Positions 1 to 14,200 of a stretch of 64,000 bases of DNA are shown in pieces; within the stretch, counting starts at the first letter, position 1; the number at the start of each line of letters is the position of its first letter. The notes under the pieces are model-generated. The model saw nothing but the letters and a program-made list of their open reading frames with translations, was not told where the DNA came from and did not search any database. This DNA is from the human T2T-CHM13v2.0 reference genome, Homo sapiens. A program made the translations under genes and the position numbers. The stretch lies in NCBI RefSeq assembly GCF_009914755.1, contig NC_060929.1. One strand, given 5' to 3'.

Positions 1-169
1 ACGATATTAGAGGTTTCAGAGTGTTGTATACATTGAACAAATGCACACACTGTATCTGTAGATATTATTTATTCAACATTTGTCATGCATTTCAATGACT
101 AAAAATCACATGTACATAGAAAACACTTCTGTAGGAATCAGCCGTCAGAGGTTCTTGTTTTCCTTCCAG

Positions 170-285
170 AAGATAGCCGGCAAGAGAAAAAAGTATCTGA
201 AGCATTCAATGCCATTCAAGTTCACATACTGAATAAACTTGCTGTCAGTCAAAAGTCAGATATGTTAGGCAAAGAAAAACAGCTT
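170..285 (+). other. Candidate internal coding exon (116 nt, phase 1 to 0) of an unidentified gene or pseudogene
   Basis: Acceptor cttgttttccttccag|A, donor CTT|gtaagt; open frame (x)DSRQEKKVSEAFNAIQVHILNKLAVSQKSDMLGKEKQL in non-repeat DNA; peptide not recognised. Confidence 0.4.
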
Positions 286-1480
286 GTAAGTAAACATCAA
301 TTCAGTTAGGTTGGAAAAAATAGGAAAAACCACAAGCACAATGGGCTAACTCACAGGTAGCTGCAGAGTGCTTCTGGTTTTACTCAGCTTAAGAGAGGAG
401 AGAATGGAGTTTTGATATAGAGGTAGAAGAGCACTTTTCATTTCCTGATCCCTAGATATCTAGAATGCCCTTACATAACCCTCGGAGGAAAAAAAAATAA
501 ACTTTAGTGTTTCAGTGTTGTTTGTTTGAAGATAACTTAAAACTCTAACAGATTTTGGTATGGTATAAATATTACAAGTTTTCTAGTCTTCATTATTAAT
601 AAGCCTGAACTTATTGCAAACATTTTAATATATAAAGCAATAAGAATTAGTTGATAAATTATAAAACAAAAAAAAGCTAATGGGTCTTTAATAATGAGAA
701 GCTAATTTTTAAAAATCAGGGAAAGTAAAATTAACTAATAATCATTATTTGTTTTTGTAGTTTGCCATTTTTGCTTTCTTTATTTAAAAAATGTTTTTTA
801 AGTTAGTGAATTCTACATTGAGTGAAATAATATATGGAGAAGAAAAGTGAAGAAAATATTTTAATTCAAATCTATACATTTTGAATAGCACAGCTAAAAG
901 TTATTCAGCACTGCCTCACTTAAAAAAGATAAATTTTTTGTCTTAGCTTTCAAAAGAAAAAGATCCAAAGGATAAATACTAAATAATTATTGCTTATTTC
1001 ATGACAATTACATTAATACTCCACTTGTGACTGGGAAATAGATATGTGAAGACAGGACATCCCAGCTTTAGTAATTAATTAGTAAATGTTAGTTATTTTA
1101 TTTTATTTTCAGAAATGTCCACACCTTATTGGACTTTCCTTAGTGTAACTTACAAACAAAACATTAAAATTTGTCATATAATTGATTTTCTTAAAGTATA
1201 CTGCCTAGTGTTTTTTTGAATTTCTTAATATAAAAGCAATTTAACTTAAACTCTATTAGCTCTATTTTTAAGTCTTTTATTACTTTCCATCAACTTTACA
1301 TCTATCCTAAAAAGTAATAACGATAAACCAAAAACTTATTTGTAGGTTCTCAAAATAGAAGACTTTTATAGGAATTTTTGGTTCATCAAAATAACTGCTC
1401 CTTCTATCATTAATTCATTCCCTAAATAAGTATTTCTTATGTACTTGAGAAACAACTTTTCATTTTAGACCCAAAATATT

Positions 1481-3420
1481 ATTTCAGGCCAATATCCTTG
1501 ATGAACATTGCAAAAATCCACAACAAAATACTGGCAAAGCAAATCCAGCAGCACATCAAAAAGCTTATCCACCACGATCATGTGGACTTCATCCCGGGGT
1601 TGCAAGTTTGGTTCAAAACACATAAATCAATAAATGTGATTAATCAGGTAAACAGAACTAAAGACAAAAAAAAAATGATTATTTCAACAGATGCCAGAAA
1701 GGCTTTTGATAAAATTTAACATACCTTCATGTTAAAAATTCTCAATAAACTAGGTATTGAAGGACCATACTTCAAAATAATAATAATATGACAAACCCGC
1801 AGTCAACATCATACTGAATGGGCATAAGCTGGAAGCATTCCCCTTGAAAACTGGAACAAGATAAAAATGTCCTCTCTAACCACTCCTATTCAATATAGTA
1901 TTTGAAGTTCTGGCCAGGGCAATCAGGCAAGAGAAAGAAATAAAGGGCATTCAAATAGGAAGAGAGGAAGTCAAACTATCCCAGCTAGCAAATGACATAA
2001 TCCTATATCTAGAAAACCCTCTTATCTAAGCCCAAATGATTCTTAAGCTGATAAGCAACTTCAGCAAAGTCTAAGGATACAAAATAAATGTGAAAAGTCA
2101 CTAACATTCCCATACACCAACAACAGTCAAACTGAGAGCTAAATCACAAATGAACTCCCATTCACAATTGCCACAAAAAGAATAAAATAACTAGGAAAAC
2201 AGCTAATAAGGGAAGTGAAAGATCTCCACAAGGAGAACTAAAAACCATTGCTCAAAGAAATCAGAGATGACACAAACGAAAGTAAAAACATTCCATGCTC
2301 ATGGATAGGAAGAATCAATATCATGAAAATGGCCATACTGCCCAAAGAAATTTGTAGATTCAGTGCTATTCCCATTAAACTACCATTGATATACTTCACA
2401 GAATGAGAGAAAACTATTTCTAAATTCACATGGAACCAAAAAAAGAGTCTAGATATCCAAGGCAATCCTACGCAAAAAGAACAAAGCAGGAGGCTTCATA
2501 CTATCCAATTTCAAACTATACTACAGGCCTACAGTAACCAAAACCGCACAGTACTGATACAAGAACAGACATAAACCAATGCAAAAGAATAGAGAACCCA
2601 GAAATAAGACTGCACACCTACCACTATTTGATCTTTGACAATCCTGAGAAAAACAAGCAATGGGGAAAGGACTTCCTATTCTATGAATGGTGCTGGGATA
2701 ACTGGCTAGCCATATGCAGAAAATTGAAATTGGACCCCTTCCTTACACTGTATACAAAAACTAACTCAACATGGATTAAAGACTTAAATGTAAAACCCAA
2801 ACTATAAAACCCTGGAAGACAACCTAGGCAATACCACTCAGGAAATAGGCATGGGAAAAGATTTCATGACAAAGACACCAAAAACAATTGCAAAAAACAA
2901 AAAAAAAAAAAAAAAAAAAAAACAGCAAAAATTGACAAATGGAGTCTAATTCAACTAAAAAGCTTCTGCAGAGCAAAATAAACTGTCAACAGAGGGAACA
3001 ACAACCTACAGAATGGGAGAAAAATTTTGCAAACTATGCATCTGACAAAGGTCTAATGTCCACCATCTGTAAGGAACTTAAATTTACATTAATAAAACAA
3101 CCCTATTAATAAATGGGCAAAGAACATGAATGGACACTTCTCTAAAGAAGACATATATGCGGCCAACAGTCATGAAAAAAACAAGCTCAACATCGCTGAT
3201 CATTAGAGAAATGCAAATCCAAACCACAATGAGATGCCATCTCATCTCACAGCAGTCAAAATGGCTACTATTAAAAGTCAAAAATAACAGGTGCTGGCAA
3301 GGTTGTGAAGAAAAAGAAATACTTATACACTGTTGGCTGGAGTGCAAATTAGTTCAACCATTGTGGAAGACAGTGTGGCAATTCCTCAAAGGCCTAAAGA
3401 CAGAAATACCATTTGACCAA
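1481..3420 (+). mobile_element. Old primate L1 (L1PA8-16/L1PB-like) ORF2 fragment, RT to C-terminal region, truncated at both ends
   Basis: Peptides [39 protein letters not shown] and REMQIQTTMRCHL...[21 protein letters not shown] match L1 ORF2; many stops and frameshifts; no 3' UTR. Confidence 0.95.
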
Positions 3421-4499
3421 GACACATTTTGCTGTAAAGTATTTTTCTCATGAAAATAGTTTAAAATTTTTTTTCTATAATATTTTGAAAGGAAAGAAAA
3501 TGCAAATCTACTACATTTTACTTGCTGGAGATACAAATCAAATTCTTACCTTTCCTTACTATTTACCATAAATATTAATACTCTATTAATAATTTTTAAT
3601 GTTACTTTTGAAAATAAATGTTATTTTTGAAAAATATACTTTGGCCCTAAAGTAAATTATCATACTAATTTTTGCAGGAAACTCTTTTATTTCTAAAACA
3701 TTATGGGACATACATTGCATCTATAATGCTACAATTTTTTTTTACCACCATACTCATAGGTCTAGTGATTACATGCATAAGAAATACCATGCAATCTGTG
3801 CATATTATATTCTAAGTGAATACTAAAAGAAAATGTATAGTCTTCATAAAGTAAAATGCAAAATAAAGTTGACAAATACAGATGATTTTGCTTGAATCCT
3901 CTCAGTTGGAAAAGATAAAAATACTTTCAATATTTGAACATTTTAAAAAGAGCTCTCAATGAACTTTAAAAAGAACACCTTGGAATATTTAATTGAATAC
4001 CTTATGAAAATGTGACCTCGGGATTGATAACACTGACTTTGAACACATCATCAATTCTTTCAAAAATGGCCTTAGGGTCTTGATGCATTTTAAGTGGGGT
4101 GCCAATATCCAGGATCAAGTCCTTACATTTGCATTTTTCTAAACTCAATTTTTTTCCATTTACCCAGGACTGCCAGACTCTAGGGAACTCCTTGCCATAA
4201 AGAAATTTAAATTAACAAACTAAGTTATAAATTTTAAGCTAGTGGTGGGGATAGGTGTAAGGAGCGAGATGAAAGTAATACTTATCCTGAATAAGGCAAC
4301 TGCATATCTCCATAGAATGGTTCTTTGTCCAAAGGACACATCAGAATATTGTTTTGAAATTGTTAACAGAATTAATCCAAAGGAGTTGAATTTTGTTTTG
4401 GAATGCATTAAGTTTTAGTAGCTGAATTTAAATTCTTTACTATATAAAAGACTGCACAGTGGAATAACAGAGGGTGTTATTTTAAATATACAATTTAGG

Positions 4500-4690
4500 A
4501 TCAAGGTTAGCCAAAATCTGTCACTAATTCTGTGGACTTATCCTCAATACCTCCTCAATATCTTTATCTGTGAAATTACAGTAATAAGAGTAAGATTGAT
4601 TATCTCTACCTCAAAGCATACTGTGAGGAAGGTATACGTTAAACTCTCTTACAAAGTGTCAAGGATATAACATTTGTTAGTTATTTTAAA
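4500..4690 (+). mobile_element. MIR relic
   Basis: tctttatctgtgaaatt...ctacctcaaagcatactgtgagga...tttgttagttatt resembles the MIR core and 3' end. Confidence 0.55.
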
Positions 4691-4767
4691 TGAGTGATGT
4701 ACAATAGACTGAATGTCAAGAATGATAAGTGTAGAAAAATAATTTAAAACTGCTTTTCTCTAACTCA

Positions 4768-4945
4768 TCGCTATCCAATAAAATGTGTTTTATATCTGTT
4801 CCTATGTGACAATCTTTTCTATGTGGCTATCAAGTTCTTGAAACAGGGCTAGTGTGACTGATGAATGGATGTTTTAGTTTTACGTATTTAAAAGTTAAAC
4901 CTAAATAGTTACATGTGGCTAGACTACTTGATTGGACAGTGCAGA
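4768..4945. mobile_element. MER3-like hAT-Charlie MITE
   Basis: gctatccaata...atgtggctatcaagttcttgaaacagggctagtgtgactgatgaa...aaatagttacatgtggctag...attggacagtgca; ends are inverted repeats. Confidence 0.75.
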
Positions 4946-5559
4946 TCTATTCAAAAAGTATACATTCTTCATTGTGGGGAGATTCTGGGTAGAATGATCC
5001 AGTAGCAAGGATATTGAATATTTTTGACCACCTATCCAGATGGAATGAAAGCAAGCAGAATAGGAAAAACACAGTCTCATAGACATTTACAAGACAAAAA
5101 GCAATTAGGTGAAAGAATATATCCAGGAATACCAATATATGATCAAGTAGCGATGAACCACTGACAGGACTACAAGACCTGTGTAGTATCAAAAATACAA
5201 CATGAAAATACACAGAAAATAAATGAGCTGCTAGATAGACCCAAGAACTCTAAAATAATCAACTGTTACTTAAAGGAAAACCTGAAGGGAAGTTTTTAAG
5301 AACTGCTAAAACCACAAAGAATGTTGCCCATTCCAATAGTAGGAGAATGTAGGATGTCCAAAATGATGTCTAAATTGAATGGAGAAGTAAGGCCTCACAA
5401 ATCCTCAAAACTAGCAAACAAAAGCCATCTTTTAGAGCAATCAGCATGCTGCAGAGAAACTGCTGGGAACAGAATCTAAATTGAGCATACCATGCATGGT
5501 TTATTTACACAAAACTTTATGTGTATATATATATGTGTGTGCACACTGTGTGTGCATAT

Positions 5560-8500
5560 AGTTCTGCTGTTAAGATGTAGTATAGAGCTAATTTTATAGA
5601 TTCCTCTTTATACTCAGGAATCTTATGAATTCACTTATTAATTTTAATAAGTGATATATACACTCTTGTGAATCATAATTTGTAAAATGAGAGTAACTGA
5701 TTTCTATAATCGACCTCAAAATGATATATCTTTTAATAAGTTGGGTTTGGTTTTCTGATATGGGAAAGATTTTAATTACAAACTCTAATTCTTTAAAGCA
5801 TTTTTCAGATTTTCTATTTCTTCATGTGTCAGTTTTGCAAATTGAACCTTTCTGCTATTTTTTCATTTTCTTTAATATTTTTGAATTTATTGACATAAAG
5901 TAGTTAATAATATCTTCTTAGATTCTTTTAGTATCTATAAATTTTGTCATGATTGTCTCTTTTACTATTTTGTTTTAAAACTGGTTTTGTTGTTTTTAAA
6001 AATAAGCTTCACCAAGGCTTTAGATATTATTTTCCATCAGCACATTGAATATATCATTCCCTTGTCCTCTGCCTTTTATGTTTTCCTTTGATAATTCAGC
6101 TGTCAGTCTTACTGCTGAAAAAGAGCTCTGCAAAAGAGCTTGGTTGCTCTTTTACTAGACTTTTTTTCCCCTTGACAGTTTGTATCGTATCTTCTTCATC
6201 TTAGGTTTTTAATTATTTTACTATGAAGTGCATTGGTAAGGTTTTCATTTGATCATTTTTGGAGCTTCTTGAATGTACATGTTGATGTCTTCTTTTAATT
6301 TTGATAATTAGCAATTTTGGTGTTTTTTCCAAAGACAAAAACGTAATTTTTGTTGAGTCTCTTTTTTGATAGATTTTTAAAAGATATGTTTTATTAGTTT
6401 TTACTTCCCCCCTCTATATACATGTATGATATAACATTATATTATATATTAGCTGTTCTTCTAATCTCTTTAAGTTATATATGCTGTAATTTTTCTGTCT
6501 TCTTAGGATAAATGATTATATATTAGAGACTTTTTGTCTAGGTAAAAATATTTTATAATCAAATTTTGTTTTAATACAGCTCTAGATGCATTTCATAAGT
6601 TTTCAATTATTGTTATTATTACTTGGCCAAATATTTTCCATTTCCATTTGAGTTACACATTGAGCCATGTGTAATTTAGTAATAATTTCTCAATTTCCAA
6701 GCATAAAATTATTTACTCATAATCTTTTTGTTTCTTGTTTTTTTTTTTCTGATTTATAGCTTAATTCTTTTGTGACACTTGATGTGATGCAAGCTTTTGG
6801 AATTTGGTGAGGTATTCTTTACGTTTCATAATGTGGGCAATTTTAGTAATTTTTTGTGCACTTGAAAGACGTGCGTTTTTTTCTGTCTCATCTTCTTACT
6901 TATTTCTTTAAAAATGTGCTAACAGCTCCCACATTGATTTGGATTTATCTATTATCATTCAAATTCTGACTCTTTTGGTTCAAATATTTCTCATTAATGT
7001 ATTCATTAATGTATTTTAATGTATTCATTTTTTCTCTCATAATGCATTCAGCCACCGAGTTTACTTTTTTCAGTGTTCATTTAGTGGCACCATATTTTCT
7101 TTTGCTAATATAAACATAGCATATAGTTTGTCATTCTCTTTCAATAGAATTCAATGTTATTGTTTTTATTTCAGGCAGTTAATATTTATTTTTAATTATC
7201 CTTATATATGCTCTTCTTATATTCTCTTCATTACTTACTGTATCTACAGATTTCCATCTGTGATTGTTCACATTTTGATTGAGAGTAAACTCTTTAATAT
7301 TGTATTTTGTGCTGGCATGTTGATGATCAATTTTCTCAGCTTTCACTTTTCTAAACATGTCTTTCAGCTCCTTTTTAGAAAGATTTTTTTTTCTGGATAT
7401 AGAATTCTAAGTTGGCTATTATTTTCTATCAGCACGTTAAATATGTCATTCCCTTGTCCTTTGCCTTTTATTTTTCTCTGTTGAGTATTCAATGTTCAGT
7501 CTTATTGTTGCTCTTTTAACAAGAGTTTTTTCCCCTTTGACTATTTTTTATATTTTCTTAGTCTTATGTTTCTAATTACTTTACCTGAAGTGCATAGGTA
7601 AGTTTGAATGATTTTTAGAGCTTCTTGAATGTATGGGTTGATGTCCTCCTTCAATTTTGATATTTTTCTTTCATTATCTCGTCAAGTATTGCTTCTACTT
7701 CGTTCTATTTTTTTCATCTCCTGGATGTTGATTATACTCTTGTCACACTTCTATCCCATGATTCTGTCATGTTATTTTCTGTATTTTCCACCTTATTGTC
7801 TCTGTATTTTATTCTGGATATTATTGTTATTTATTATTATTTTGAGACAGGGTCTTGCTCTGTCACCCAGGCTGGAGGGCAGTGGTGTGAACATGGTTCG
7901 CTGCAGCCTCAACCTCAGGGGTTCAAGTGATCCTCCCACCTCAGCCTCCTCAGTAGCTGGGACCACAGGCATGTGATACCACTCCCATCTAATTTTTGTA
8001 TTTTTTTGTAGAGATGGGAGCTCACTATGTTGTTCAGGCTGGTCTTGAACTCCTAGGCTCAAGTAATCCTCCCACCTCAGTCTCCTAAAGCCTGGTATTA
8101 CAGGTGTCAGCCACTAAACCCAGCCTCTGATCTGTCTTTGAATCTTAATTGTCTTTTCAGCTATGCCTAATTTTCTGTAAACAATTCTTCATGATACATA
8201 GTTTCTGATATTTTCAGTTCTCTATCTTTGTTTCTTTTTTCTGATGTTAAAGTATTTTGATAAAATTATTAATGTAATCTTTTGAATTCTACAGTGCCTG
8301 TATTATACTTATTGTAAAGTGCATGACTGAAATCATCATTATTCATAGCTGTGTAGTTTCTTCTCCCACGCTGATTTTTCTCATTGTGTACAGCTACATA
8401 TTTTAATTTCCTTATGCACTGGAAATTATAAATAAAAACTTTAGAGGCTACTTGAGATTCTCAATGATATTATCTTCCTCTGAACATGATTGAAACTGGC

Positions 8501-8760
8501 CACAGGAAATCCCAGATTATCTCAATTCAATAAAATATTGAGGCAAATTGAAGCTAGGCTTTTTATCCTTGGGAAGAATGCTCTGTTTTTGTTTAACCTT
8601 ACTCTTAGGATTTAGCACATCAGTGTCTCAGCCAAATCCTATGGGACTAACAGGGCTTTGTCCAATTCTTCCCCTCTACCTACTTTCATGTGCTCTGTTT
8701 AAAATTATTTTCAGCTCATTAACATATCATCTGCTATGCATAGTCAGTACCTGTTGAAGA
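5560..8760 (-). mobile_element. Highly decayed L1M (L1ME/MC-like) fragments covering ORF2 5' part, ORF1 and 5' region, interrupted by an AluJ
   Basis: T-rich + strand; motifs such as ttttctggatatagaattctaagttggc and gatgatcaattttctcagcttt are typical antisense L1M ORF1; boundaries approximate. Confidence 0.65.
7820..8125 (-). mobile_element. AluJ
   Basis: gagacagggtcttgctctgtcacccaggctgg...ctcctaggctcaagtaatcctccc...cccagcc; J-type diagnostics; (tta)n tail. Confidence 0.92.
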
Positions 8761-9073
8761 AAAGCAGTACCAAATCCTGGGTACACGTGTGCATTCCTAC
8801 TCACATGGATCTATGCCTCACAGTTCCTTACTTCCTTGGAAGATGTCCATAGCCTTGACATATACACACACATATGTAAACACATTCACTTAATATATAT
8901 GTGAAATAAAAAATATTTGTTTTTAAGGAATGATTATTCCAAACCATTATGCCACTACTTCTACTTTAAAGGACTTGGAACTTCGTCATTATATTTAAGC
9001 ACATATTGAATATTGCATTTTTCTATCAATGGCTAGCATCCATTAAGTTCTCCAGTCTTCTCCAAAAAGTATA

Positions 9074-9449
9074 TAATATGGTTAGGCTTTGTGTCCCCAC
9101 CCAAATCTCATCTTGAATTGTAATCCTCATAATCCCCACATGTCAAGGGCAAGACCAGGTGGAGGTAATTGAATCATGGGGACAGTTCTCCCTTGCTGTT
9201 GTCTTCATAGTGAGTGAGTTCTTACGATATCTGATCGTTTTATAGGGAGCTCTTCCCCCTTTGCTCGACACTTCTCCTTCCTGCTTCCTTGTGAAGAATG
9301 TGCCTTGCTTCCCCTTCACCTTTTGCAAAGATTGTAAGTTTCCTGAGGCCTCCCCAGCAATGCTGAACCGTGAGTCAATTAAAACTCTTTCCTTTATAAA
9401 TGCCAGTCTTGGGCACTTCTTTATAGCAGTATCCAAATGGACTAATGCA
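9074..9449 (+). mobile_element. THE1 (MaLR) solo LTR
   Basis: taatatggttaggctttgtgtccccacccaaatctcatcttgaattgtaatc...ggactaatgca; near-perfect 5-bp TSD gtata/gtatg. Confidence 0.92.
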
Positions 9450-10751
9450 GTATGGTTTAACTTATTTCCACTTTCTCCTCCCTCTCCCATTGCTACTACC
9501 TATCTAGGATGTTGGGTCTAGATTATTTAACTGATATATATTAAAATAAACACTTTTTTAGATTGACCATAATTTGATGGATTTTGGCTATTTGCATAAA
9601 AATAAATGAGAGCCCACTTTATAATTTCGGCCACACTTTTCAGAAATGCTCTTTTGCAGGTGTTTGGACTAATGATATCTTCTATAATGAGATTCGGTAT
9701 GCTCTTGATCTTTCTGGGGTTTGTTGTATTATCTGGCCCACTGAGGATACCTCTTGTTGCTTTGCAGAAAAACCATGGAATTTTAAACCATAGTAATTTT
9801 TTTTCCTGAATCTGAAGGGTGACTAAAACTTACACTTATCATGAACCAGAACATTCTCAGTGTTTAAGCTTTTTTTCCCAACATTTGCTCAGAAATGAAA
9901 GAAGCTGGAACATTCAAACTGATTCAATCACTGCTTTGCATATAAAATGTATTTTTGACCAACCATAGGATGGCATTTAAACATAGAGTAATTTTCACAC
10001 AGTGAATAGAAGAATAAGTTATTCTGTACTTGTGAAATATAAATTTGAATTGTCTACATTAATTAAATATGTCCATCTGGAACATTTTGCTTCCCGTTTA
10101 CCATAATAACTTACCTCAACTTTCCCACTCACTCAAGCTATGTAGACAAGAGTGCTATTTCTACACAAATATTATTTAGTATGTGAGGTTTGATAAATGC
10201 TTTAAGTACTCTTTGTAACTGTCTAACTTCTAATGAGGCAATACTGAGATTTACAAATGCTACTGGCAAAAAGCATAGAATTATTGATGTTACAAAGTAT
10301 GACTTATTTTTTGCACATTTAGTACAAAAAGAAAATCTTACAAGTTTTCTATAAAATTTTGATCATTTTAGTTTTGACATTATCTACTATACACAACTTG
10401 AGTTATCTCATAATTTAATCATAATAGAATAAGAGTCCCAAAGAAAAATTAAAAGTAAGACTCTCAAATAGAGTCCCAAATTTACTGTGACAGTACAGTG
10501 TATTCTTGATGTATATACATATATAAAAGCAATTTGGTCACTCAATTTCAGTGTTGCTACAGAAAAAAAATGATAAATATATATATATTATATAATGCTT
10601 TGGCTGTGATTTGTTATTACAAGCTTACCGTTTCATATAAGATATTTAGTAAGAAGGTTTTAGTTATTTTACAGGGAAATAAGGCACTTAACTGCTCACC
10701 TTAAAACTATTGACTGCATTTCAGAAGCTAATTACACATTTTGGTCTTTGA

Positions 10752-11229
<478 letters not shown>

Positions 11230-14200
11230 ATTTTTCATGTTTGATTTATAAATATGCTTTTGTAATTATTTTCCAAAAATAAAGAATTATTTTGGCACTG
11301 TATTTGTAGAGATTAGCATTTAAGAAGGTTGTATCAAGTTACTTAACTTGAATAGACAAACATGTATATATGAGGTATCAGTGTCATTATTTTGTCTCTC
11401 ATGATTGCATATTTTTACAGAAAGACATTTTAATACACCTTATTAATTAAAATATATTAAACAATCTGTAAAAGTTGTCTAATACAGTAGTCATTTTTGT
11501 TGTACTTCATTTTAAAAAATTAAAACTATACTATATAAAATCAATATGACTAAATTGCTATTAAATATTCTAGGCTATAAGAATGGAACTGGATTGTAAG
11601 GTATATTGATATATATTTATATTAGTGCAGCATATGATATATTATTATTATAAAATAGTTTTAAATATATTTTCTCAGAGAATGAAGGCAGGTATAGCCA
11701 TGATCTCTGTAACCCACCACCAAGCTAGAGAGTGGCTCAGAATACAGATTTGTTAGACTTTTATTCACGAGTTAGTGGACTTGACAATACCACCGCTGAC
11801 TGCAATGTGACAGGCTGACCTTAAAAAATTAATTGGAAGTTACACCACATTAAAGATGTGTCGATTGCTTTAATAGGTATTGTGAGACAGAGAAGCATCT
11901 ATTAGCCCTCCAGCCCTAATGATTCTGTGTGGATCGGTTAATGAGATGTAAACCTAGCAGCCAATTCAGAGAAGCAAAAATGATAGTGTGGATGGCAAGA
12001 GGAAACATTATTTTTCTTTATCTTATTCAGCTTTCCAACTAGGTATTCTAAATACAGACTATTTCTCCAAAGGTGTTTTACAATTGAGCTAGAAATAGGT
12101 CTTCTAATTTCCAGTAGTTACTAATTTTACTAATGTTATACGTTTTCACCTTTATTGTCTCGCTTCATAATTCCATGCTGAATGGTGTTTTAAAAACAAA
12201 TGGTTGGTTCAGTGGCTACTCTATTTAAATGTAAGCTACTAGAGGCTAAGAAATGTCAGAAATGTTGGACTGCTTTGTCTCCTTTTTATTGTCATTATTG
12301 TAAAAGAGCTGAACTGGAGAATTTAGGGGAAAATAATCTACATGTGCTTTTCAGAAAATGAAAGCACGAGTATTATCTGGACTTTAAATTGAGGACAATT
12401 TTTATCACAAACCTCTTATACTTCTTACTATACCTCCTATAATTATCTATTTAAATTGATGCTATTTGGTGGCTGGCATTTTATATAACTTTCAAAACAA
12501 TCCTTGAATTATCATTGTAACAACCAGTGCCAGATGTTCTATGTGCTTTTTTGGGCATGTAAGAATCTCATTGAGCTCATTAAACTCCTAGCCAAAATGC
12601 TCATTTTCTACCATGAATGCTATTCATCTTGCCAGGCCATTTAATCTCAACAATAATTTCAACAGGTACAGAGTTCTAGTTATAGCTCACTTTATCCAAC
12701 TGTAATTGCTACTCTGTGATTGGAACTTATTCCTGAAATTTCTTAATCGATATTTGAATAGACATGGGCACCTAAATGTAGGATATTTGGATTTGCTTCA
12801 TCAAAACCAAAGTATTCAATTGAAATGTTACTGTACTTTTGTTATTTTTCTCCTTCACATGTGTGAGCAGGAGAATTTAGACTAACTTTTGTTAGCAAGT
12901 ACATTATGGGATTTAAAAACCACAGACCTTTTCAAAAATCCTTCCTGGTGCAGCAAATGCTTAAATTTAAAATATGTAACTTGTTTTTGATTCAGAGTAG
13001 TTCATGTATGCGTAAGACAGAAATATATTCAAATGCACCAGCTTTACCTGTATGTTTTAGGTAATTATAAGAAACGGAAAACCATCCATATGATATGATA
13101 GACTGAGAGAAGGAGGGACACACAAAAGCTTTTCTGTTTTAAATCACGGATCTCACTAGCTTTATGGCATTTTGAGACTAGTGAGAACAAAGACATTTTG
13201 AATTCAGTGGTGTCTAAAGTATATTATATGTGGATGCATAACGCTGGGAATTCTGGTTGATTAGCAGAGCATGCCAGTTCCAAACAACAGAAGCATGGGT
13301 GCACCTTTTATTGTGCATGACAGGTTCATGTGTATTTATTTGGATTTTTTTTTAACTTTCAGATCTTTGGACTCAAGTAAAAACATGGTCAGTAACTACA
13401 TTTTATGAGGTGGCTAGTTTGACTCTAGGCAGCAGAATACGCAGGCTCAATTCTCTTGATTGGAAAGGATATGTCAACTCTATAAAAACATAATCAGGCA
13501 AACAAGATATTAATCTAGAATGGATAGAGATTTTGAAATAACATTAAAAAATTATTTTGAGCCAGAAATAAATTGGTGTGTGGTATGCGGAATCTGTGTA
13601 TCTGCAATACAGTGCTCCAGATCTTAAACTGGCAATTCCACACCCTTAACTGGTTTGGATAGAAGAGAAAAAAAGAAAGACGATACTGAGCCAAACAACA
13701 GTTGTCTTTAGGACAATCACAATCAAAGTCACTATCATCTCTTTCTGAAAATCACACTTCAGTCCTTTTGTATATATAGGAGACCATTCTATTTAATACA
13801 ACCTGTTAAGATCTCGGCATTTCCTTTACCTTTTTAATTGAGGAGGATTCACCTTTACGAGAAATACAGAAAGAGTACTTTGGTGAAGGCAATCACCGCT
13901 CTGAGGCACTAACTTTCTCCTGAAATAAGCAAACATTTGAATTCTTTCCATGTCATGTGTCTGCTTTCTCTTTTTATGGCAGTTACTTTTTAAAAGGGTT
14001 TCTTTCTAACTGCTGTTTTTCTTCTTTTATGTCCTGAAGGAAAATAGAAAACAAGCTTGTACTTTTCTTTCAGCTTGGAAAGAGAAAAAGTATTCCCCCC
14101 AAACAAAAATATTGACAGTCAAGAGGTCCAGAGAAGATCAGTAAGCCAGAGCTGTGGAAGACGTAAATAAACCTTTTTTTTTTTTTTTTTTTTTGGCCCA

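Noticed and set aside
7629-8062. ORFs overlapping Alus (also 10788, 34581, 51438, 55843)
   Set aside because: Standard Alu-derived translations, not evidence of genes
10109-10330. Perfect minus-strand donor GAG|gtaagt at 10115
   Set aside because: All three frames hit TGA within seven codons of the donor; no supportable coding exon
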